DNA of 64,000 nt from a virus: positions 1 through 64,000 of IMG/VR virus record IMGVR_UViG_3300029268_000010. The stretch is one strand, 5' to 3'. Under the pieces are notes generated by a model, which searched no databases, was not told the origin of the DNA, and was given only the letters and a program-made list of their open reading frames with translations. Each line of letters opens with the position of its first letter. Position 1 is the first letter of the stretch. The position numbers and the translations under genes were made by a program. This document shows positions 30,381 through 40,701 of the stretch, one piece after another.

Positions 30381-31902
30381 AGGTATAACAATAATCATTA
30401 CAGCTTACAGGGCAGAACAGTTCATAGAAGAAACGTTGAATTCAATCTATGCTCAGTCCTATTTCAAGGACAATGAAGAATTTGAAATTCTTATAGGTGT
30501 CGATGGATGCCGGTCAACCTACAATAAAATGTATGCGCTGAGAGGATCATATAGAAATATGAGAGTATTTGTTTTTAACAATAACCTTGGAACATATATT
30601 GTTAGGAATAGTCTTACTTCTCAGGCAAAATACAATAATCTTCTTTTCTTTGATTCTGATGATGTCATGTACCCTAATATGATACAGACGGTCATGGAAA
30701 CAAATAGTCAGTATATTACTTACTATTATCATAAATGGCAACATGATATCACTTCTAATGTAGGCAAACCTAATCCCGGAAGTTTCTTTATTAATAAGAA
30801 TCTTTTCGATTATTACGGTGGTTTTATGCCCTGGCGTTGTGCTGCTGACGCTGAAATTCACCAGAGGATGAAACGATGCGGTTGCAATTCTGTCGTTATC
30901 CAGGAGCCTATGTATAAGTACAGGGTGCACACTGAAAGTCTTTCTCATAAGAGAGATACCGGAGCTGCTTCTGAAATAAGGAAGAGTTATTGGAAGTTAC
31001 GTGATAATTTTGAAGAGTTTAAAGTTGCCAAAATTATAAAGACCACAAATTCTGATTATTTTGAGATCTTTAAAAATTCTGATAAAAAAGATATTCAGGC
31101 ATTTTTTCCAGGAAAGAAATTAGGAATAATTTATAATCTTTTCGACGAGATAGAACTTTTTAAGATAGCAGTAGAATATGCGCGGCCGGCAGTAGACTAT
31201 ATCTGTGTCACCTATCAGAATGTATCTTATAATGGTATTAAAGCCAAAAGAAACATATATTTTGATTTAAAGAAGATGAAACAGGAAGGATTGATTGATT
31301 ATATCATTCCTTATATTCCTAATACGGCGATCAAACCAAAGATGAATGAGATCCGGAAACGGAACATAGGAATAAATTACTGTCATAAGAATAAGTGCAC
31401 GCATTATATGGCCCTGGATTCTGACGAGATATTCAAGACAGAAGAACTTAAAAGGGCAAAGAATGAAATATTCTATAATGGTGCTGATTTTTCTGTATGC
31501 AAAATGATCACCTATTATAAAACTCCGACGACGATATTATTTCCTCCTGAAGAATATTATATTCCTTTAATCATCGAGATGGATGATCGTAGATTTACTT
31601 ATAAGTTTCAAAATGGATATTCTCTTGATTCAGGTCGTTCTATGCCTTTTTCACGTTGTCATGAGTTCGAGAGAGAAGATATCCAGATGCATCATTTTTC
31701 TTTCTGTATGAAGGATATGGAGTTGAAATTAAAGACTCAGCCCACTCCTATACGAGAAGAAACACTTGAGAAGATATTAGACCATTATAATAAGTTTGAA
31801 CCCGGAATGAAGGCTTTGACTAATAATGGTTATTTCCAAACAAAACAAGTTGAAGATAGTTATTTCCAAAAAAAGGAGGTAGAGAATGAACTTGTTAAAT
31901 AA
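30370..31902 (+). CDS. Two-domain glycosyltransferase (GT2 plus a second GT-A domain)
   Basis: N-domain IIITAY, GVDGC, NLGTY, FFDSDD, AADAE; C-domain IYNLFDEIE, KRNIG, MALDSDE, MHHFS. Confidence 0.85.
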   Translation: MKDKGITIIITAYRAEQFIEETLNSIYAQSYFKDNEEFEILIGVDGCRSTYNKMYALRGSYRNMRVFVFNNNLGTYIVRNSLTSQAKYNNLLFFDSDDVMYPNMIQTVMETNSQYITYYYHKWQHDITSNVGKPNPGSFFINKNLFDYYGGFMPWRCAADAEIHQRMKRCGCNSVVIQEPMYKYRVHTESLSHKRDTGAASEIRKSYWKLRDNFEEFKVAKIIKTTNSDYFEIFKNSDKKDIQAFFPGKKLGIIYNLFDEIELFKIAVEYARPAVDYICVTYQNVSYNGIKAKRNIYFDLKKMKQEGLIDYIIPYIPNTAIKPKMNEIRKRNIGINYCHKNKCTHYMALDSDEIFKTEELKRAKNEIFYNGADFSVCKMITYYKTPTTILFPPEEYYIPLIIEMDDRRFTYKFQNGYSLDSGRSMPFSRCHEFEREDIQMHHFSFCMKDMELKLKTQPTPIREETLEKILDHYNKFEPGMKALTNNGYFQTKQVEDSYFQKKEVENELVK

Positions 31903-32344
31903 GATAAAAGAAATTTATGATGGATGGAAGAACCTTGTAAATAAGAAGGTCACTATAGAAGATATTGCTCGGGTGAGAAAGAATATCTGCCGGACCAACA
32001 AATGTGGTTTTTACATGACAAAACCATATCGCGGATGTTCTGAGTGTATGTGTCCTGAAAGAGCAAAGATTCGTTCACTAAGAACTAAATGCCCGGAAAA
32101 CTATTTTGGGTATGCTCATGAATTAAAACTTTTATTAACAGAACAACTTCTTGATGATCTTACTAGGTTTCGCAAGAAACAAAGTGGTGATGTTATAATA
32201 TATTCCGATAAGGAATTTCGTATGGATTTTGATGTGAAGATGAAAGTTTGTACCTTTAGGCATTATCCGGAACAGGAACCAGTAAAATATTGGAATGAAT
32301 TATGTAGTTTCTATAAGTTAAAAATAGGTAAGAGATTATTTTAA
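31886..32344 (+). CDS. Cys-rich Zn-ribbon protein
   Basis: ICRTNKC...GCSECMC...K...KCP. Confidence 0.65.
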   Translation: MNLLNKIKEIYDGWKNLVNKKVTIEDIARVRKNICRTNKCGFYMTKPYRGCSECMCPERAKIRSLRTKCPENYFGYAHELKLLLTEQLLDDLTRFRKKQSGDVIIYSDKEFRMDFDVKMKVCTFRHYPEQEPVKYWNELCSFYKLKIGKRLF

Positions 32345-32823
32345 TGGCTTGTCAGATCGTAATAGTAGGTGATATGCAAGTTAAAAGCTTGTCAGGTATA
32401 AAGAAATGGTTTTATACCCAGGAACGTCACTGTTATACAAGAAAGATAAGATTAATGAAACCTTGCATTTCTTGTAAAAAGAAGAATTCTACACGACTCT
32501 TATGGTATTACGAAGTAGTTATCGATGGAGAGACTTATCAGCTTCATGAATCATCTGTTGTTCTCTATGATCAACCAATAATGCTTAATCCTATTAAATG
32601 GGGAGATAAATCAGAAGAGAATACGATTCATAAGGATATCTATGAAGATTCCGAAAAAGATGAAGATTATCCGGCCAATGGAGATTATCAAGGTTATATG
32701 AAAAAGAAACTAGGTCTTGTCCAAAGTAATAAACCTGATTTCGATGGTGATACCTGGTTGCAAAATACACAGACGAAGATTATCAGGCAAGGAGGAACCA
32801 AAGATGGTGACACGACTGTATAA
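32344..32823 (+). CDS. Hypothetical protein with CxxC
   Basis: PCISCKKK; coupled to the upstream gene. Confidence 0.6.
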   Translation: MACQIVIVGDMQVKSLSGIKKWFYTQERHCYTRKIRLMKPCISCKKKNSTRLLWYYEVVIDGETYQLHESSVVLYDQPIMLNPIKWGDKSEENTIHKDIYEDSEKDEDYPANGDYQGYMKKKLGLVQSNKPDFDGDTWLQNTQTKIIRQGGTKDGDTTV

Positions 32824-33280
32824 ATCGCAATACGGATATATGCGTTATAAAGTCAGATATTTTGATGATATCATTTCAGATACAGAGCCTTTATTCAAAG
32901 GAAATAAAAGATTCAAGAATTACAGAGAACTATTAAAAGGTATAAATCGTAGAGGTCACGAAGATAATAATCGTATTGTAAAGAGAATCTGCAGTACATT
33001 TCTTAAATTAATGATGCATGATCTTATCTTTAAAAATTATCGTTTTCAGATGCCTTTATATAATTTTTGTTCTTTGTACATTGGATATAAAAAATTCACT
33101 AATACAGAGTTTAAATATAATATTAATACTGGAGGTCCTTATTATATTGCCCGTTTTGAATACACTAAAGAAGGAAGAAATAGGATTCACAACACAATGT
33201 ATTATCCATGGCTTTCAAAAGGATATTATAAGATATTAATGGAAGAAGTAAACAAAGGTCACAAATATTCAAATATATGA
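32804..33280 (+). CDS. crAss IHF/HU-like protein (track start 32717; ATG 32804 preferred)
   Basis: Helix RIVKRICSTFLKLMMHDLI then FQMP...LYIGYKK; directly upstream of the tail tubular gene as in Crassvirales. Confidence 0.55.
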   Translation: MVTRLYKSQYGYMRYKVRYFDDIISDTEPLFKGNKRFKNYRELLKGINRRGHEDNNRIVKRICSTFLKLMMHDLIFKNYRFQMPLYNFCSLYIGYKKFTNTEFKYNINTGGPYYIARFEYTKEGRNRIHNTMYYPWLSKGYYKILMEEVNKGHKYSNI

Positions 33281-33924
33281 CAACAACAGTAATAGATCCG
33301 GATTGGATCACCGTCGATGTAATAAAACAAATGCTCTCTTCTCGTTTCAAAACGAAAGAATGGCAGGAACAGGAAATACTTGAATGGTGCATGGAAGTTG
33401 AGACTATGCACCTTGTTGATGTAGATACCTTTGCTAAGTTTGTGGAAGTATGTATTCCGGTACAGAATAAACGATTCAGAAAACCATGTAATCTTTATCG
33501 TTGGCTTGACATATATTCTTCCGCTGGAGATCCTCAAAGCAAAGTAAATAATGATACAAGGTCATTAACAGCCTGGGTTAAACTCGATGATGATTTTACT
33601 GGTGATTATGTTTACGTTAATTATATAGGAACAAAAGTTGATGAACTGACAGGGCAACCACTGATCAATAGATATCATCGGCTTGCATGTATGTTCTATT
33701 GTGCTCAGCAGGCTTTTATGGAAGAGTCAATGCTTGGTATATTCCCTGCACAGGCATATCAGTTGCTTCAGGATGGTTATTCTGCAGCTTGTTATAATGC
33801 AGCTGATCTGGAAGCATATCGTAATATGCAACGTCAGGACTTTACCAATCTTTCAATTATACAGGGTAATGCGTTACCGCGCATAGGAAACCTTACATTG
33901 TATCAACAAGGAATGGGAGAATAA
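33277..33924 (+). CDS. Tail tubular/ring protein 1 (P22 gp4-like)
   Basis: EILEWC, KPCNLY, VYVNYIGT..DE..G.PLI motifs; directly upstream of the muzzle gene. Confidence 0.78.
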   Translation: MTTTVIDPDWITVDVIKQMLSSRFKTKEWQEQEILEWCMEVETMHLVDVDTFAKFVEVCIPVQNKRFRKPCNLYRWLDIYSSAGDPQSKVNNDTRSLTAWVKLDDDFTGDYVYVNYIGTKVDELTGQPLINRYHRLACMFYCAQQAFMEESMLGIFPAQAYQLLQDGYSAACYNAADLEAYRNMQRQDFTNLSIIQGNALPRIGNLTLYQQGMGE

Positions 33925-33926
33925 TT

Positions 33927-36900
33927 ATGCAACAAATAAATCAATTTCTCAAAGGTTTGATATCTGATATTGATGTTTCAAAAAGAACATCAGAATATTG
34001 GACATTTCCTTCAATGAATATCAGAGTCTATAATAAGAAGGGCCAGGGATTCATTGTTACTTATATTGAGGGTAGTACGAAAGTTGATTCATTTGGAATT
34101 CCTATTGGAAGCGGTGAAGAGTTTTCGATAAAATCCGGATATAAAATTCTTGGAGCATGCGAATATAATGGCGTAATTTATATATCTTCATATAATGCTT
34201 CAGTAAGTGTTGACAAGGGAGAAATAGGTTGTTTCCCTAGTCCAAATATTCTTGATTTCAGTAAACCAAATGGTGCTCCCGGCACTCCTGATGCTCCACC
34301 TATTGGCTACAATATTCAATTTGAAAGGATATACAGAACATTACGAAATTTTACAAATACCACTGATCCTACCGGAATTGAAACTACAGTTCAACGTGAT
34401 CCATTAAATACCACTCTTTTTGGATGGGATATTGAAAGATATGTCGACATGTTTGCAGCTGAGAGTTATGATGGATCTCTTGATTTTTACCTTTGTGATT
34501 ATAAAAATCCAAATAGAGTAGTAAACTCAGGATTTCATTATAATACAGGAATTGCCAACAATAGATTGTATTGGAATAATGATTTCTTTGGATCGCTTAA
34601 TCAGGTACAAACTACTTTTGCAGATGCTTCGGCTCAGTTTATTGGTTTGCTTCCTAATGGTGATGAGAAATGTGGGTTATATTTTCTTCACTTTAGATAT
34701 TGTGATAATAATTTAAATACAACTCCTTTTATTTTAGAATCAGGGCCTATACAGGTTCATATAGGCGATACGACTACTTTAAATACTGTAATGGGTGGAG
34801 AAGATACTTATAATTCTCATAAACAAATCCATTTCAAAGTTATTAATCCCGATCAGTCTTATCAATATATAGAGGTTGCTTTCGTAAGATATTTTTCAGA
34901 TAGTTCCGGAGTACAAATACATGAAACATGGCTTATAGATTGGAGATATCCCATTGTTTCTGGAGCAGATGTAGATATTCTTATCACTGGTAATGAAGCT
35001 TTGTTAACAATTACAGATGCAGAAATAATTGAAAGAAGTCTTATTGAAAGAACTTGTCGGTCACATACCCAAATTGCAAATTATTATTTTGGTGGAAATT
35101 GGAAAAGTTCTCGTACTGATCATCCGGCACTTGTAGAATTCTTTAAAAGAGTACAAGTTTCCTATGATGATAGTTTGGAAAAAAATGTTAATACTCCTAT
35201 TAATATTAATGAACCTTCAGCAAATTATATTCCTTATCAAGACGTTTATCTTACATATGATGATGTAGGATATTTTAGAGGTGAACCGTATGCTTTTGGT
35301 GGATTTGTTCGATTAAATGATATGCAGTATTCAAGTGCATATCCTTTACGCGGATGTGATCAATTTGATGGACAAATACTTGGTACTACACAAGATAATT
35401 ACAATGGTGTTTATCGGTTTCCAAGAACAACAAAATCACCTTGTATGTCTGCTATTGATAGGATAAGGATATTGCGTGTTAGAATGGATTTTACAGATGC
35501 TTTAGCATGGCTTCAGACAAATCCTACTGATCCTAATGTAATATGGTTACGTTATAATGTAAAACATATATTTCTTGCCAGGGCAGAAAGAAAACCTACA
35601 TTAAAATGTCAAGGTGTAGCGATAGGTGGAGCTCAATCATATTCAGAACATTTTCCATATTCTACTTATGAATGTTCTTATAATTGGTGGGATCCATTTA
35701 ATAGTCATTTAAAGACACTTCAAAATATTTGGGTAAAAGCGGATGATGCACTTCAAATACCTACACGATGGGATAATCAAGATGTCGTGACACATTTAGA
35801 TGAAGTTGGATTATCAGGTAAACATGGACAACCACTTGTGAAATTTACTGGTGCTGGTAATGAAGCTCAGAATCCATTTAAAGGATGGGCCGATAACTCA
35901 ACGAATGTTGCGGGTAATGTTTGTAATCCGGCAGGAGCAGCGAATTCTACTTATATGGAATTAGTTATTCCTATTTATCGTGCATATATGCCAATGTTGT
36001 ATTATAATTATAATGGAGGTAATACAGATTGGAGATATTTTAGTTCAAGATGGTTCATTCAACCAAAGAAATATGGTGTTTTCTGTCCAGATCATTTATT
36101 AAATAGAAATCTTGATATTTCTGATATTGAATATATTCAACGTGTAGCAAAGACTGCGCATAATTTTGTTGAACCAAATCCTGGTTCATACGATTATTGG
36201 TTTTTTGGATATCCACCTTATGGTTTTGCAAGTTATGATGATGTAGTTCCATATAAATATATTAATGAAATGCAATATGGAAAATATATTGATAGAGTTC
36301 TGCCTGGATTCTTATCTTCAAATGTTGTAGGAAAAGAAGATGTTGGCAGGGATGGATTACATCGTGTTCCTTCATATCCTACTGCTCTTGGTTTTGTTAA
36401 TGAGACATATGATATTAATGATATTAATGGAAATAATACTTCTCATCAAAATTGTCTTTTATATGCTTATGATAGTAGTAATAAAAGAGAATGGTCAACA
36501 AGAAATCTTCGAACAGCTCCATTTATTGCTATTGAAGAAGATGCAGATATACCAGGCATAGTTCAGGATAATTATAATCTAGATATAGTAAATCTTTATT
36601 CTAAAAGACCTGAAGATCTTAATTCCAATCTTGCGACCTGGTATGCTGTAGGTCCTCAATTACAATATTATAAAATTTCAGAAGCTATTCCTTTTGTTAA
36701 TCAAAGTGGAAATTATATTTTTCCGGTAACTCAATTATTAGGTCGCGGTGATTGTTTTCTGCAAAAAACATTTTTCAAACAGGCTACATGGGATCCTTCA
36801 GGATTTAAAGGTGATGCTGCAGATTCCGTAGGTGCCGGATGTGGTGGTACTGGTGATGGATTCCCTACTCATTTCACAAATGATACAGGTCCTGTTTTTG

Positions 36901-38552
36901 ATGCTACTGTATCTATTGCGGATAGAGTTCGGTATTGTCATGGTGTTGTCTTGGGTATTGTCACTGAGAATGCAGTCAATTCTGCTATGCGACACATGGA
37001 CAATGTTAATGCTTACAGTCCTCAGTTCTATCCTATGGCTGTTCCAGACTGGGCTCTTTATCCATTATCGTATGAAGGTTATGAATCTTTTCTTTATAAT
37101 CATGGATATCATCGGCAATTATCAATCGATATCTTTTTGGGATATGATTCAAATCTTCCGAATACTCAAAATACAATAAAGAAAACAAGAATTCGTCATA
37201 GTCCTAAAAAAGTTCCTTTTGCTTATGTTGACAATTACAGAAATCTTCAAATCAATGATTACAAAGATTTTGATTTACAGTTTGGACAGATAATGTCTAT
37301 CGAACATATTGAAGAAACACTTATTTCTATTCAGGAAGGTGCAATTAATGAACATTATATTAATGAGGAAGCATTAAAGGCCCCAACAACGGCAGGAGAA
37401 CTTACACTTGGTCTTGGTCCAATACTTTCGGATAAGATAAATATATTGGCATATTATGGAACACAGCATCAGTGGTCAATATGTAAAGGATTTACAGGTA
37501 TCTATGGGTGGGATTGGAAGAAAAGAGTATTGTGGAAAGTTAAAGCTGGCCAGACTGCTATTGGTACAAGATCTATGGCGGTACAATCTCTTTCTCAGGA
37601 AAAAATGATTGATAAATGGTTATTCGATTTTTCTAATTCAATAAATACAAGGACGGATATTCTTAATCAATTAAAAGATACTCCAGCGAATGGAGAAGGT
37701 ATTGTCGTTGGTTATGATCCGGAAAATCATGAGATACTATTCACATTAATTAAAAGGCAACTTTCTCATTATGTATGGCAGTGGAATACTGTTACTGCAT
37801 GTTTTACTTCTTGGATGAATACTATGGGTTATTTACAATCAGATGTTGAAAACTTACCAATAACTGAGTATGTCAATGGAATGACAATGGTTTCGGGGCA
37901 ACTATATTTTGACACTGATCATAACTATATTTTTATCTATTACAAAGACAGCGGCCAGCGTTGCCACGTTCATGCAAGAGCTGTATATGAAGATCTTTCA
38001 AGGACATTAATCTTTAATGAGGACCTTGATTTTTTTACTTCTGAACTAGGTGTTAATAATTATTGGTACGGATATATCAATCGTGACTTTTTCAGTGCTG
38101 AAAGTAATCGTGTTTATTTACATAACAAAGGTCCGATATGTACTTTTAATAATAATATTTTTGTTCCAGCTCAGATATCAATTATTATAAATGGTGTAAT
38201 TGGAGAAACGGAAAATTATTCTGCAATATCGAAACTTTATACATGGGTACTTTGTGAATCACAGAATACTCCTTTTTCGCGAATTGATTATGAAACTACA
38301 TATCAAGCATCAGCTGCCCCGGGAGATACTTTTGATGATTTCCAAACGCCAATAAATTTCTGGAGAAATCCTATTCATCATGAACATAAATGGAATTGGC
38401 CCGTAAATGTTCAAACTTCTGCAAATAATGATGAGTTCATTACTGGATCAGAAATGCGTGGAGAATGGATAAAGATCACTTTGACGTATGCAAAAAGAGT
38501 ACAGGGGTGGATTAAGAATATAATTACTACTTTTATATCATCAAATTCATAA
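33927..38552 (+). CDS. Tail stabilization/muzzle protein (P22 gp10-like)
   Basis: 1541 aa; NQFLKGLISD, GEIGCFPSP, YFRGEPYAFG, YGTQHQWS, MRGEWIKI motifs. Confidence 0.85.
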   Translation: MQQINQFLKGLISDIDVSKRTSEYWTFPSMNIRVYNKKGQGFIVTYIEGSTKVDSFGIPIGSGEEFSIKSGYKILGACEYNGVIYISSYNASVSVDKGEIGCFPSPNILDFSKPNGAPGTPDAPPIGYNIQFERIYRTLRNFTNTTDPTGIETTVQRDPLNTTLFGWDIERYVDMFAAESYDGSLDFYLCDYKNPNRVVNSGFHYNTGIANNRLYWNNDFFGSLNQVQTTFADASAQFIGLLPNGDEKCGLYFLHFRYCDNNLNTTPFILESGPIQVHIGDTTTLNTVMGGEDTYNSHKQIHFKVINPDQSYQYIEVAFVRYFSDSSGVQIHETWLIDWRYPIVSGADVDILITGNEALLTITDAEIIERSLIERTCRSHTQIANYYFGGNWKSSRTDHPALVEFFKRVQVSYDDSLEKNVNTPININEPSANYIPYQDVYLTYDDVGYFRGEPYAFGGFVRLNDMQYSSAYPLRGCDQFDGQILGTTQDNYNGVYRFPRTTKSPCMSAIDRIRILRVRMDFTDALAWLQTNPTDPNVIWLRYNVKHIFLARAERKPTLKCQGVAIGGAQSYSEHFPYSTYECSYNWWDPFNSHLKTLQNIWVKADDALQIPTRWDNQDVVTHLDEVGLSGKHGQPLVKFTGAGNEAQNPFKGWADNSTNVAGNVCNPAGAANSTYMELVIPIYRAYMPMLYYNYNGGNTDWRYFSSRWFIQPKKYGVFCPDHLLNRNLDISDIEYIQRVAKTAHNFVEPNPGSYDYWFFGYPPYGFASYDDVVPYKYINEMQYGKYIDRVLPGFLSSNVVGKEDVGRDGLHRVPSYPTALGFVNETYDINDINGNNTSHQNCLLYAYDSSNKREWSTRNLRTAPFIAIEEDADIPGIVQDNYNLDIVNLYSKRPEDLNSNLATWYAVGPQLQYYKISEAIPFVNQSGNYIFPVTQLLGRGDCFLQKTFFKQATWDPSGFKGDAADSVGAGCGGTGDGFPTHFTNDTGPVFDATVSIADRVRYCHGVVLGIVTENAVNSAMRHMDNVNAYSPQFYPMAVPDWALYPLSYEGYESFLYNHGYHRQLSIDIFLGYDSNLPNTQNTIKKTRIRHSPKKVPFAYVDNYRNLQINDYKDFDLQFGQIMSIEHIEETLISIQEGAINEHYINEEALKAPTTAGELTLGLGPILSDKINILAYYGTQHQWSICKGFTGIYGWDWKKRVLWKVKAGQTAIGTRSMAVQSLSQEKMIDKWLFDFSNSINTRTDILNQLKDTPANGEGIVVGYDPENHEILFTLIKRQLSHYVWQWNTVTACFTSWMNTMGYLQSDVENLPITEYVNGMTMVSGQLYFDTDHNYIFIYYKDSGQRCHVHARAVYEDLSRTLIFNEDLDFFTSELGVNNYWYGYINRDFFSAESNRVYLHNKGPICTFNNNIFVPAQISIIINGVIGETENYSAISKLYTWVLCESQNTPFSRIDYETTYQASAAPGDTFDDFQTPINFWRNPIHHEHKWNWPVNVQTSANNDEFITGSEMRGEWIKITLTYAKRVQGWIKNIITTFISSNS

Positions 38553-38556
38553 AATT

Positions 38557-39510
38557 ATGGCAAATTCAAATAGGTGGAAACACTGGGTAAGAAGTATCGG
38601 TACGGGTCTCGGTGGTGTTATTGGTGCTGTTGCTGGCGGTGGATGGAATTTTGGTGTTGGTGCTGTTCCCGGATTTCTTGCAGGCGTAAGTGTCGCATCT
38701 TCAATAATGGGTGCTGCATTACCTGATGAAAGTATATGGGATAAGAATGTTTCGGTTGCTTCTACTGATCCGTATGCAATAGGAACAAGTGTCGGACAAA
38801 GACAAAACCGTATTGGTAAAACTGGATCATGGAAAGATCCTAATTCTACTTATGATACTATATCAGGAGTTGTTGGTCTTGCCGCCGGAGCTCTCGGTGC
38901 CACTGGAGTGGGTTCTGGTATTTCACTTGCCGGAAATGGTGCAAGTGGCGCTTCAAATATTGCCAACGTTGCCGGAACAACTGCAAGTCATTGGTCTATG
39001 GGAACAGGTGCTGTTGAAAATGCACCCAAGATGGCCGGAATGCTATCCGGTATCTCTCAACCTACAAATATTGTTATGGAAGGTGCGAATGTTGCCGGAA
39101 CTGTAGGAGAGGTTACTCCTATGGTTGATCAGGTGGCAAATATCGCAACTAAAACTGCACCATTTGTTAAGACTGCAAAATCTGAATTGAATACATTATT
39201 GAAAAAACCTAGTACTTATAAAGATCTTTTAAGTACCGTTCAGAAGATTCCATCAATTACCGATAATACTAAGAAAACAGGATTTAATAGTAATGTTGAT
39301 TTAAATGTAACTCCTGAATCTATGAATGCAGCTTATCAGAAGCCGGCAGTACTTAATGTTCCACAAGGAATACAACAAACAAATTCTTTATTCAAAAATA
39401 ATTTTTCTCCGATATCACTTCCTGGTTATACTGGCTTTCAAAATAAGAAAGCTGATCAGGGAATGAACGCGTTACTTGAATATTATTCAAATATGTATAA
39501 TATAAAATAA
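38557..39510 (+). CDS. Cargo/ejection protein with Gly-rich hydrophobic segments
   Basis: Two Gly/Ala-rich TM-like stretches; position after the muzzle gene. Confidence 0.6.
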   Translation: MANSNRWKHWVRSIGTGLGGVIGAVAGGGWNFGVGAVPGFLAGVSVASSIMGAALPDESIWDKNVSVASTDPYAIGTSVGQRQNRIGKTGSWKDPNSTYDTISGVVGLAAGALGATGVGSGISLAGNGASGASNIANVAGTTASHWSMGTGAVENAPKMAGMLSGISQPTNIVMEGANVAGTVGEVTPMVDQVANIATKTAPFVKTAKSELNTLLKKPSTYKDLLSTVQKIPSITDNTKKTGFNSNVDLNVTPESMNAAYQKPAVLNVPQGIQQTNSLFKNNFSPISLPGYTGFQNKKADQGMNALLEYYSNMYNIK

Positions 39511-39519
39511 ACTGACGAT

Positions 39520-40689
39520 ATGCCACTATTACCTCCTTTTCCTGGAAGTATGCCTGCTCCAACAGATGAAGAATATTGGACAAGCGCTACTGATCCAAAA
39601 CAGATTTACAAGAAAGATAAAACAGGTGCTTATTCTTGGGTAAAAGACTATGATCAAAAAACAGATTTAAGTAAATTGACATGGACTCCTGTTACTGATG
39701 CGACTTCTTTGGCTGCTATGAAAAATATGGGAAGTAAAAATTTTCCTGTTTATACACCTCCTACGACTACTAAAAAAGAAGTTCTTGCTAATGAATGGAC
39801 TGATGGTGAAGATATCAATATGACCGATGCGCAACCAAAGTTTATTGCAGATGAATCAGGAACAGTAAGTCCAAATATACTCAGTACTGGTAATGAGTCT
39901 GCTGTTACAAGAAACAAAAATACTGAAAAATGGGAACCCAAACCTACTTTTTCCGGACCATCAGTTGCGCCTACATGGCTTGACAATTGGTATGAAAGTT
40001 TACAGAAACAACATGCGGAGGCAAAAACATACAATGATGTAAAAACTATTGGTGATGTTGCAACAGGTGGACTTGCTTATTTATCTAATGCATTTGCAAA
40101 GAAAGAAGATCTTCCTGCCCCTCCAATGTCTATCCCCGCCGTTTATGGAAATATCTATGGATCAGAAAAAGGTCTTGTTGACAATGCACTAGCATTATCT
40201 CTTGGTACTGCAAATAAAGTCTCCAGGGAACTTGGCAAACCTGAATATATAGGATCTAATCTTGGTACAATGATGGACGCGCAGGCAAAAGCATATGCCG
40301 GTATTGCACAAGATGTTTCTACTATTGATCAGGCAAATAGAAAAAGTGTTGCAGAAGCAGATACCGCAAATAGTTTAGCTTCTTATACTACTGAGGTGGC
40401 TAATAATGCTGCTCTTAAAGAAACCGGATTAATGCGTTCTCAGACTATGGCTGCACAGTTGACTGCTAATAGTAAGATGATCAATGATAGAATTAAAAAT
40501 AAATTCGAGATTGATGAATCAATGAATCAACAGACGATGTATTATAATCTTATAAAGAATGGTGCATCTACAGAAGAAGCTCTTGCGATGATGAAATTGA
40601 TAGCTCCAAATCTTGTTACTGAAACTGCAGAAGAAGATTATAAAACCATTTATGATAAAGACGGTAATATTACAGGTTATACAGGTTAA
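39520..40689 (+). CDS. Cargo/ejection protein
   Basis: Ala-rich helical C-terminal half; synteny. Confidence 0.55.
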   Translation: MPLLPPFPGSMPAPTDEEYWTSATDPKQIYKKDKTGAYSWVKDYDQKTDLSKLTWTPVTDATSLAAMKNMGSKNFPVYTPPTTTKKEVLANEWTDGEDINMTDAQPKFIADESGTVSPNILSTGNESAVTRNKNTEKWEPKPTFSGPSVAPTWLDNWYESLQKQHAEAKTYNDVKTIGDVATGGLAYLSNAFAKKEDLPAPPMSIPAVYGNIYGSEKGLVDNALALSLGTANKVSRELGKPEYIGSNLGTMMDAQAKAYAGIAQDVSTIDQANRKSVAEADTANSLASYTTEVANNAALKETGLMRSQTMAAQLTANSKMINDRIKNKFEIDESMNQQTMYYNLIKNGASTEEALAMMKLIAPNLVTETAEEDYKTIYDKDGNITGYTG

Positions 40690-40701
40690 AAATTTAATGT
40701 T

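Noticed and set aside
26250-31902. Host chromosomal LPS/capsule locus or prophage boundary
   Set aside because: Flanked on both sides by co-oriented phage tail genes with tight coupling; no wzx/wzy, integrase or att-like context
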